A DNA stretch of 64,000 nt from Tetramitus jugosus (Eukaryota; Protista; Heterolobosea). The position numbers and the translations under genes were made by a program. The notes beneath the pieces are model-generated. The model did not search any database. It worked only from the letters and a program-made list of their open reading frames with translations, and was not told where the DNA came from. The DNA lies in the NCBI GenBank assembly GCA_937625935.1, contig OW569384.1, positions 368,433 to 432,432 on the forward strand, given 5' to 3'. Shown here piece after piece: positions 47,391 to 56,924 of this stretch; position 1 is the stretch's first letter; the number at the start of each line of letters is the position of its first letter.

Positions 47391-47891
47391 TTACTCGGAT
47401 GGTGCACTTCTTGAGACTTGAGAAGCTGGCATCTCTTCGCCAGTCAAATCACCTTCCTTGCCCTTCTTGCCACCTGGAACAGCTCCAATCAATGACTTGT
47501 GAATGTGAGGAATGACACCACCACCTGCGATAGTACCCTTGATCAACTTGTCCAATTCTTCGTCACCTCTAATGGCCAATTGCAAATGTCTTGGTGTAAT
47601 TCTCTTGACCTTCAAATCCTTGGATGCATTACCTGCCAATTCCAAAACTTCAGCACACAAGTACTCGAGAATGGCAGCAGAGTAGACAGCAGAAGTAACA
47701 GCAACTCTGCTGGATCCGTGAACTCTGGATTTCAAATGTCTGTGGATTCTACCGACTGGGAATTGAAGACCAGCCTTGACAGAACGAGAGACTGGCTTGC
47801 TCTTTCTGGTGGAAGTCTTAGGGGTGCCAGTTGTTGTGGTGGCAGTTGGTGTTGAGTTGCTGATCTCTTGAGAGAGTTGAGTATCGGCCAT
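47391..47891 (-). CDS. H2AZ: Histone H2A.Z variant
   Basis: [70 protein letters not shown]. Confidence 0.95.
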   Translation of the reverse strand: MADTQLSQEISNSTPTATTTTGTPKTSTRKSKPVSRSVKAGLQFPVGRIHRHLKSRVHGSSRVAVTSAVYSAAILEYLCAEVLELAGNASKDLKVKRITPRHLQLAIRGDEELDKLIKGTIAGGGVIPHIHKSLIGAVPGGKKGKEGDLTGEEMPASQVSRSAPSE

Positions 47892-48154
47892 GTTTTTTGT
47901 ACAAATGAAGAGGATGCTATCTAAAGCTTATGTGTGTAGTGGGGAGATGTAATTGTGTTTTATTAGGACGACATGAAACAGTCAAAATAAAAAATCAACA
48001 ACATCGCTCGATCCAAGCCAAATTAACGGAGAGAAAAAGTGTAACGTCAAAAACCTGGACAAAATTTATTTTTTCTTAGATCCGACGAAACGGATTTTGT
48101 TCTCGATTTTACGGAGAAATGAAAGGGTGTACCCCCTAAATTCATTCATTGAGT

Positions 48155-50895
48155 TTATTTGGAGAGGGTGTCAACTTGGCGCAAGATAACATCACATAGG
48201 AGCAGTTGGTTGACTTCAGAGACTGGAAGCGTCTTGAACTCTGTGGTTTGGATATCTACAACTTCGTCGACAACTCCCAACATGCTAGATGCAGAGTTTT
48301 GAACGAGGTTGCAATGTTGAGTGATGATTGCTTCCTTGGATGCTTGTGACATGACCACATCAGCATTAAACACGTTCTTTGCACCTGAGAATTCAGACAA
48401 ACTGCGGCAAGAGCGGACCATTGGCAAATGGAGACATTTGACAGATGTTATCTCATCAGAGCTAGATGTAATGTTTGTGTAAACATGAGACATATCGAAG
48501 AATCGAGGTCCATATCTCTCGTTGTTTGGCCCAATCATTGGGTTGGCACCTGTCAAGTTGGCATGATCAGAAATGTTGATCGCTTTACCCAACAGACCTG
48601 CATTCGTGGAGATGAATGCTTGAGTGAAGACAATGTGCTTCACTCCCAAGTGTTGGAGGAATCTTACATAGTTGCCCCAATCAATTTTCATCTCTTCTTG
48701 CTGTGCGTGATCAATATCGGTTGATTTAAGACTCACGGCATAGAATTTCTTGCCTTCGTGCTCAAGCAATAAAATCTCAGCATTTTGTCCAATTAATCGA
48801 GATGCATTGGTCAGTGGTTCCACATCAACAATAGCGACATTGCGCTTCTCGCTCAACAATTTGACTAAATTCAAATCATAGTCCACGAGTGCAAGTTGAG
48901 GGACTTGGTCTAGTTGAGACAAAACACGAGTGGCAACATCTTGAAGCGCGTCAAATGAGATATTAGTATCATACTTGACCTTTTGTTCCTTGATGGATTG
49001 AAGTCTTTGTTCCAATTGTTCATAATTCAGTTTTCCGAATTGGACATTGGATTGTTGCTTGACTGGTGCGATTTGAGCAACCAAATCAGTAATTGATGTC
49101 AAGTGGCGGCCTTGAGAGAGGTAGACAGAAACGTTCAATCCCAAGTATCTGGCAGCATAGACAGTCGCAACGGAAGTGGTTCCGACAAAGTCAACACCAA
49201 ACTTCTTAGCCATCTGGTATTCACCATTGGAAGGCTCAGATGGACCACAGAATGACATGTACGATGGAGAGTGCTTTTGATTTTCTTGGTAAGGGAACAA
49301 GAATTGCTTCTTTCCGATCGATCCATCATTCAAATAGATCAAATATGGATGGAGAGGGGAGGAGGTATCATGGAAATGATACAAATCATACAGTTGAATA
49401 GTTTCAGTACTAGTGATGCTGGCGCTTGATGATTCTAAAATAAATGAGAAAAATTGATTGTTGGGGGTGAGAACGTTATGAAAAATAAAAAATGATTATG
49501 CTTTCACACAGAAAAAGAAGCAAACAAGCACATACTTCCATGAACCGAATGAGACAGGTTAGAGATACCTAGCGAGTACAAAACAATGGAAATGAATGAT
49601 GACTCTTCAACGGTGAATCCCTCTTCGTCACCAGCAACCACGATCAATTCATTTTGATTGTTCAATGCAATGTAACCATAATTGGATCCGGAGCATCTGA
49701 TTGGGAATTTGTTTAAATCGACAATGGAGACTCTTGACTTGAATTGCTCCGTACCGTTCGTTCTAGGATAGCAAACAATGTATGCAGTGTCAGACAATGG
49801 ATTTTCAGTGCTAATGTTCAATGATTTCTGAATATCGGACACAGTCTCATCTACTGCACTCTTCAATTCAGCACTCGTGTCAGGGAACGATCGTCTCACA
49901 ATAGGTCTCAAAATGGTTTCACTCAAGTGATCAATAGGGACAATATCAGGATGGTTGTTCAAATAGTCACCGATATTCAACAAAACCTTCTTTAGCAGAG
50001 TTTTCAAATAGATGACAGATTTGTTGGCATTGGTGTACACTTCCTCGTGATTCAATTCACTGCTACTCAGACCAGCTGCCAAATTGGTAACCATAGATAT
50101 GCCCAGAACACTCATTCCATATGCATGAGCAGTCACAACTTCAGGAACAGTGCTCATACCGACACAGGCACCTCCCAGGTTCTTTGCAGTAATGACTTCC
50201 ATTGGTGTTTCGAATGAAGGTCCACTCGTCCAGACATAGCTTCCTTCAAACAGTTGAATACCTTCTTCCTTGGCAATGTTTCGTGTAATTTCATTGATTT
50301 CATTGTCCCAGTAAGGAGGAACATTGTCTTGTTGCTGTTCTTGCTGTTGTTCTTGTCTTCTTGCCTTGGCCAAAACTTGCTCTGGCAATTCAAATTCACT
50401 CAATGGATCCTTTCTTGCCATAAATCTAAAATGATCAGTCAATAGACAGAGACTACCCAGTCCCATACCATCCAACATTCCACCAGTTGCATTAGTGACA
50501 ATGTATAGCTTTGTACCGAGAGCAGCCAACAATCTCACAATAAAACAGACTTCTTGCCATGGGATGCCCTCATACGAGTGAACTCTACCAGCAAAACAGA
50601 GAACAAGTGGATTGTTGCTGCCATCGGTGGATTGTGGAGGTTTCATGAAACCACAGATCAATTGACCATGATGACTGGCAACAGTGACTTTTGGCATATG
50701 GGGAATGTGATCATAGTCAATGGTGACTGTTTCATGGAGAACTGATGGAAAATCGCCGAGTCCACTTCCTAACACGACACCGACAGAGTGGGATGACCAA
50801 CGATTGCTGAGTTCAGAGCGCACATAGTTGGCAGCTTGTTTGATTTGATCAATCTCTGATTGAATTTTTTGATTTTCGTTATTGTTGTGAGTCAT
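48155..50895 (-). CDS. PNP: Purine nucleoside phosphorylase (trimeric-type fold) with three tandem PNP domains, one intact and two degenerate; 2 exons (50895-49536, 49434-48155), 879 aa
   Basis: Domain 1: GSGLG, GRVHSYEG, TNATGG, GPSFET, VGMSTVPEV, TNLAAG, NHEEV. A 101-nt GTATGT..TTTTAG intron joins the 463-aa and 409-aa ORFs in frame. Domains 2 and 3 show PNP-like GPSE..E...G.D.VGTTSV..V.AAR..G and DHANLTG.NP.IGPN.ER.GPRF.DM. Confidence 0.85.
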
Positions 50896-51228
50896 GATTG
50901 TGTGTGTTTGTGTATGTATGTATGCGAGTGTGTGTAGGTGTGTCGATCTAAATTTCTTTTATCTATCTATATGTATAATTATGTACGAAAGAATCAAGTT
51001 TGTGTGTTTTTGTTTTTTCAACTTTTGGTGTATTGAGGATTGCAGCGACGTGTTTTTTTTACACTACGAGTTTGAGACAGAGACGGATTGCCTCTTCGAT
51101 TTCGAGGAGAAGTCTCGTTTTCTCCGTTTCTCCGATGAGCGAACTCCAAATGAACTAAAAGGTTTGTCCGCTTTTCATCTTCAACAACGAGTTCGCTGTC
51201 TGGCAAACACAACAACAAACTACACACA

Positions 51229-54072
51229 ATGAGCTCAGTAGCGATCCCTATGGAGGTTTTGTGCAATATCTTGTCGTTCCTACCGAATAGAAACCTGACA
51301 GAATGTGCCCTTGTTCACTCCGAATGGCACAATGCCTCTCGAATGACCTTTATTCAATATCGTATATCGAAGCGACTGTATGAACAATTGAGACAACAAG
51401 TGGCCACTGCTTATTCAGTGAATTCGGTTGATGATGAAAAGGGTGATAGGATAGATGATGATAGTGATGCTGATGAAACCGATGATGATCACAATCAACA
51501 GAAAGAGGAAAATGGACAAGAGGGAGTGATGGATGAAATGATGAGTGATTTAAATGCTCAGGGATACTTTGCCTTCTTTGTTAGAAATGTCATGTATCCT
51601 ATCCAACGAGCCATCACCAGTCAAAAGAACGTTGCAAGTGGCAAATCAAGTGGTTGTTTTATATCGAGTCCACCGTTGCATTTTCTGATCGATTCCGGTT
51701 TGAATTGTGAGGTACTGTTTGAACATTTGGTGAAAGCGAGCAGGAAGAGATTGGATGAAGTGGATCGTAATGGCAAGAACGCAATTCGTTTATTGTGCGA
51801 GCGATCAAAGGTTTCTCACATGTTTAGCAGAGAGTCCAGCACTGATTTGTTCTCAATATTGGTCGATCATATGAGTTCTTTTCTTCCTCCAAGTGATTAT
51901 AATAGTAGTTATGTGTATCGTCCAGTGGACACAGCAGCTTTCCTCGATTGTTTAGATAACTTGGCAATGAATAAGCGTTATGATTTATTGAAAATCATTC
52001 TGTCTTCCACTTTGGGTAGGAAAGCTGTTGCTTCTTCAACAGAGCCAATGAGTGTGTTATGGAAAGATAAAACATGGGAATTCTTGGATGAACATATGAG
52101 TGAAATTAAAGACTGCATAGAGTTGTTAGTCGAGAATGGTTATGATTGGAATTTGTATCCGTTGAATGCATGCCCTGTTCATATTGAAATCATCAAACAA
52201 ATGATGGAGTTGGGTGTTTGGAATAGTGCAAGAAAGAGTGCAGTCGAGCGGTTGATTCATTCAATTTTGCGTGCTGGGTTTCTAGAGGCATATGACTATA
52301 TGTTCACCTATTTACAGAGATATGATGCCAAAGGTCAAAAAGAGACGAGAAGAAAAAAGATTTTAGAGCTTTTAGATCCCAGAGTATCCTGGATGAACTC
52401 TCTCCATACAGCTGCTGCATCAGGCAAAGTTCCGATGGCGCAATATATTAGAAAACAAAATCCTACTCTAATTAATGCTCCCTATACTGAAGGCTCTTTG
52501 CCTCCATATTCGACACCATTGCTCATACCATTGCATTTCGCAGTGCAGGAAGGAAAGTCATTAGAGATGGTGAAATTCTTGTTTGAGAGTGGTGCTGATC
52601 CAATGGTGACAACAAGAGACAACTTCAACAGCATTCACTTGGCGTGTAAAGTTGGTTGTCTGGAAATATTTGAATACCTAAGGTCAGAAACAGGCGCCTC
52701 ATATCATATCCCATCAACCTCTGTACCTCTAACTATTGTTTCCAATTCGTTTCTATTGGCAGCATCACAACCCAACAACTACAGAATGATCCATTATATT
52801 TTATCCAATCGACCAGATGACATGTCAGCGGATGATATCTTACAAGAACATAACCGATCTGTGAGAAATGTATTGACTTTGATATGTAAGTCAAAGGTAA
52901 CAAATGCGAGAGAGGTATTCAATACAATCAAATATCTATTCTCATTTGGAATTACAAGCACGAAACTGTTTTCGGTGCAGGACGAGATGCACGCCAATGC
53001 GCGTGTGTATGCTCGGACGTTTATGCCGCCGTCAATTGTAACCCTCATGGATTATTATTGTTCATTAGAGAGTCATTTATTACCTATTGTAACATCCATT
53101 GACGGTTCAGGCATTCCATATTTATGTGAAGATACTAATATCATGGCTTACATCTGTGAGTCGGGTGATACAGATCTATTCAAGCATGCAAGGCAAAGTT
53201 CCATTTGGACGTTAGATATTTCAACTCCTATCCATATGTCAAATATCTTGATTGCTGCAGCATTTGGAGGTAATTCTTGCATTATTGAGAATGTGTTGGG
53301 AAGCATCGATCGTAGCGCAAACATAGATTGGTCTCGTGCAATTTGCAAAGCTACACAATCCTTTGTACAACCATCTGAAATTGTTAGAAACATTCAAATT
53401 ATTTTGAAAAGAGCATTTGAGTGTGGTTATAGGAACGATATTCATGGTAAAAAGTGGGTTAATGAGATCTTGGATGATGAGGTGTCCAGTTTCATTCGAG
53501 AGATTAGCGATTACAATCACCAGATTCATATTTCCATTCACATGAATGACATCGAATCAGTGAAGGAGATTCTCAAGAAAAATCAATCAACAGACTGGAA
53601 GTGTCACTCATTGAAGAAGGGCTCTGTTGACAGGCCAAGAACTGCCATTCAAATTGCTTGTTCCTTTGGAAATATGGAAGTAGTTCGACTTCTCATTGAG
53701 TCGGGCTCTTCAATTGATTACATGTGCTTTATGAATGCAGCAGCATCTTGCAACATTCAGCTTCTCAATCTCATTATTCAAAATTTGTCAGAGAGGGGTG
53801 TTGTGGATTTAACGAAACAGCTTGGAAATCAAACTGTATTGCATTATGTGCTCTTAAACTCAAGTGAAATGTACGAAGCAACCATACAATGTATTGCCTT
53901 TCTCATTCGTAGCGGGTGTTTCAAATGTTTATCGATGGCAGATGGTGATGGATTGACTCCTGTTGATCTAGCGCAAATGATTAACGAAAAGATGCACCAA
54001 TATTTGAGTTTTGTGAGGGATATCTATCAGATTCGTCAATTTTCAAATCAGAAACACTTATCCGTGGTGTAG
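51229..54072 (+). CDS. F-box + ankyrin-repeat protein
   Basis: N-terminal IPMEVLCNILSFLP...L.....V...W F-box; ankyrin motifs LHTAAASG, PLHFAV, IHLACKVG, TAIQIACSFGN, GLTPVDLA. Confidence 0.85.
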   Translation: MSSVAIPMEVLCNILSFLPNRNLTECALVHSEWHNASRMTFIQYRISKRLYEQLRQQVATAYSVNSVDDEKGDRIDDDSDADETDDDHNQQKEENGQEGVMDEMMSDLNAQGYFAFFVRNVMYPIQRAITSQKNVASGKSSGCFISSPPLHFLIDSGLNCEVLFEHLVKASRKRLDEVDRNGKNAIRLLCERSKVSHMFSRESSTDLFSILVDHMSSFLPPSDYNSSYVYRPVDTAAFLDCLDNLAMNKRYDLLKIILSSTLGRKAVASSTEPMSVLWKDKTWEFLDEHMSEIKDCIELLVENGYDWNLYPLNACPVHIEIIKQMMELGVWNSARKSAVERLIHSILRAGFLEAYDYMFTYLQRYDAKGQKETRRKKILELLDPRVSWMNSLHTAAASGKVPMAQYIRKQNPTLINAPYTEGSLPPYSTPLLIPLHFAVQEGKSLEMVKFLFESGADPMVTTRDNFNSIHLACKVGCLEIFEYLRSETGASYHIPSTSVPLTIVSNSFLLAASQPNNYRMIHYILSNRPDDMSADDILQEHNRSVRNVLTLICKSKVTNAREVFNTIKYLFSFGITSTKLFSVQDEMHANARVYARTFMPPSIVTLMDYYCSLESHLLPIVTSIDGSGIPYLCEDTNIMAYICESGDTDLFKHARQSSIWTLDISTPIHMSNILIAAAFGGNSCIIENVLGSIDRSANIDWSRAICKATQSFVQPSEIVRNIQIILKRAFECGYRNDIHGKKWVNEILDDEVSSFIREISDYNHQIHISIHMNDIESVKEILKKNQSTDWKCHSLKKGSVDRPRTAIQIACSFGNMEVVRLLIESGSSIDYMCFMNAAASCNIQLLNLIIQNLSERGVVDLTKQLGNQTVLHYVLLNSSEMYEATIQCIAFLIRSGCFKCLSMADGDGLTPVDLAQMINEKMHQYLSFVRDIYQIRQFSNQKHLSVV

Positions 54073-54390
54073 TACCATGCAGGGAGTCAATAAATGGAAT
54101 CGATGTTGAAACTCTGTTGTCTACAGGTCTGCCTAGATTAATTCCACGGTGAATTTCGAGCCGTCGATGTACCAACGTTGGAAACTTTGCACATTTCTTT
54201 GAACAGGTGATAAGACATTTGCGCAAAAAAGATTGCAAGCATTTTTCAGTTTGCCAATCCAACAATTATTCGAAATTCGACAAAAGGTTCGAAGTTCCCC
54301 AATTCTATCGAAGCTATCCATCACATAAATAGGGAGTACTATTCCATCCAGAAAGTACACAACAAACAACTAGCAAAAAACAAGAACAAA

Positions 54391-55365
54391 ATGAAAGTTT
54401 TAATGTTAGTATTGATGGCAGTATTTTATTACAGCTCGTTCACTGTCGCTATCGGATATCTCCAAGTTGCTTCTGGTCCTGATTCTACTTGTGCTATCAA
54501 GGAGGATAAGACGATTGCTTGTTGGGGAGACTTGATGTACACTTCACCTACTTCTATTCCAGGAGGTAATGCCAACTTTACTCAAATTGTTTCTGGTGGA
54601 GGAGCGAGTGCTGGTGGAAGTTACATGTGTGCATTAAGACAGGACTCAAGTGTTTCTTGTTGGGGATCTTCATGGTATGGAGAGACTGTAGTTCCAAGTC
54701 CAAACTATGGTTTCACACAAATTGCTGCTGGAGGTTACCATACTTGTGGCTTGAAGATTGATAAGACTATCGTCTGCTGGGGCGCTTCATCCAACAATCA
54801 GATTACTGTACCATATCCAAACAGTAATTTTATTAGAGTGACTACTGGTGCTTATCACACTTGTGGACTCAAGATGGATTCAAGTGTCGTTTGCTGGGGA
54901 CTCAATAGTTATCATCAAACAGAAGTACCAAGTCCAAATTCAGGTTTTGTTTCGATTTCAGCTGGTCAGATGGATGTATGTGGGATCAAATCTGACAAGA
55001 GTATCGTATGTTGGGGTGCTTTCTATCAAACCATTCCAACTCCAAACACCAATTTTACACAAGTATCTCCAAGTCGTACATATTATACTTGTGCATTGAA
55101 GGTGGATCAGAGTATTCAATGTTGGGGTGAAAATCCATACAACCAAGGAACTGTTCCAATTCCCAATTCTAACTTTGTTCAAGTTTCAACTGGTGGATAT
55201 CATACATGTGGTGTAAAGAGTGACAAAGGACTTGTATGCTGGAGGAATAATTCAAATGGAAAGGCAACAGTACCTTGTGATGATAAGAACTGTGCATTCT
55301 GTTCTGCTTCTAATGTTTGTAACACATGTTCAGGAAACTATACATTTGTTACTATTTGTAATTAG
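54391..55365 (+). CDS. Secreted RCC1/BLIP-II-like beta-propeller repeat protein with a short Cys-rich tail (possibly truncated)
   Basis: Signal peptide; about 7 repeats of ~38 aa, P.PN..F.Q..aG.YHTCgLK.D.s..CWG; ends C.D..C..C....C..C.....F. Confidence 0.8.
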   Translation: MKVLMLVLMAVFYYSSFTVAIGYLQVASGPDSTCAIKEDKTIACWGDLMYTSPTSIPGGNANFTQIVSGGGASAGGSYMCALRQDSSVSCWGSSWYGETVVPSPNYGFTQIAAGGYHTCGLKIDKTIVCWGASSNNQITVPYPNSNFIRVTTGAYHTCGLKMDSSVVCWGLNSYHQTEVPSPNSGFVSISAGQMDVCGIKSDKSIVCWGAFYQTIPTPNTNFTQVSPSRTYYTCALKVDQSIQCWGENPYNQGTVPIPNSNFVQVSTGGYHTCGVKSDKGLVCWRNNSNGKATVPCDDKNCAFCSASNVCNTCSGNYTFVTICN

Positions 55366-55749
55366 ACTTAAGTCACGAATTACTTCTTTGTGAATAAATA
55401 AGTTGGGTGGTTGTCATTTTCCTAGCTGTTGCATGCACTCTTTCTTGAACTTTTTTCACTCCAAAACCATCGTCAGAACTTGCAGTTGATTTTTCCTTGA
55501 ACTATTGAGGACCTTGAATGTCGATCTTCTAAACAATACCAACAGGTGTCAGAGTTCGAAGGCTCACAACAGGATCAAACAGAATAATCTGGTGGAGTTC
55601 ACCACTTTCGTGGAACATTGGATTTCTCAGTTGCCGGTCGAAGAAATTTCCGAGTACACTTAGGTTGTTGACAGGCCCGAGTCGAATGAGGTATCCTGAA
55701 TTGGTATTCAACATTGACAGTACCGTGGGGAGCAGATATTTGCTGACAT

Positions 55750-56720
55750 CTCTTCTCCAGAGGCTAATCTCACGATGTTTAATTATTCAAATGTTGGATG
55801 TGATCAGGACGACCATAGACACTTACAAAGCTTCTACGGCCATTAATGGTGTGCAAAACTATCTTGTGTCTGCGATCGCTTATCTTCCATTCTCTCCTCT
55901 CCGAACTGACTTGATGAAGTACTTGTTGTCAAAGAATCCCGAGTTAATCACTCTCGGAGATTTGAATGGAATCATTCGTGATGATCAAAAAGATTGTCCA
56001 ATTATTCAAATGCTCCTCTCTCAATCTTACTCGGAAGAGTGTTTGGAGGATATAAAGTTCTTGATATCAGCAGGAACTTCACTCACACAAGCAGATAAGA
56101 ATGGAAACAATGTTCTTCACTCAGCTTGTCGAATGGTTGATATCAATTTATTGGAGTATCTCTGTCCTGAGAGCTTAATGTTCGAAAGAAACAATAAGGG
56201 CGAAACTCCAATCGAGCTGATATTTTCAGGAAACTCTCATGATGGCGATGTCTACCATTCTTCAATGATGAAACGCTAAAAGATTATCAAACATCGCTTA
56301 GTGCTTTACTGAAAAATGCTTCTGGTAGTCCTCATCTCGAAACAATCCAGTGGCTCCTGAAGAATGGCGACGCGGAAAGAAAGAATGAATAACAAAGAAG
56401 ATACCTTCTCTCCTAATCCATAGCTCCAAAATTGGAATGGAAGAGAAATGCAGAAGCAGTGACACACCATGTTACTGCTTTTCTTGTCGTAGATGAAAAC
56501 ATCCGGGCACACTCCATTACAACGAAATGAAAAAGTTTTGGGACTCTTCGCAACAGATTTGCCATCACGATATTGCCCAGGATTGGAACGCGATTTTGCT
56601 TTTTGGATCGTGCTTGCCGAAAATATTCCAAGGGACACAATCACTTTTTCTGTGGCCAAGCCGAAACGATTTATATGGATAGTAACGATGTGATGTGGTT
56701 GGTATAGGGCTTTGGATATC
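55750..56720 (+). pseudogene. Degenerate ankyrin-repeat gene (frameshifts and stops)
   Basis: DKNGNNVLHSAC and NNKGETPIEL in one frame; continues in other frames as LETIQWLLKNG and SGHTPLQ after a stop at 56277-56279; boundaries approximate. Confidence 0.55.
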
Positions 56721-56924
56721 ACTCATTGGTAATGATTCTTGAAAGCTTGTCCCCAATAATGGGTCTTCATCTTTTTTCGAAACTTCTCCTTATCCCCTGA
56801 CAGGTGTTGTTTGTCCTGTGCAGATGAGCTCATTGTTGATTTAAAAGCGACCATTCAAAGGGTTTTGAATCGACAATAACAACAAACTAACATAATCCAA
56901 TCTCAATACATACATATACGAATC

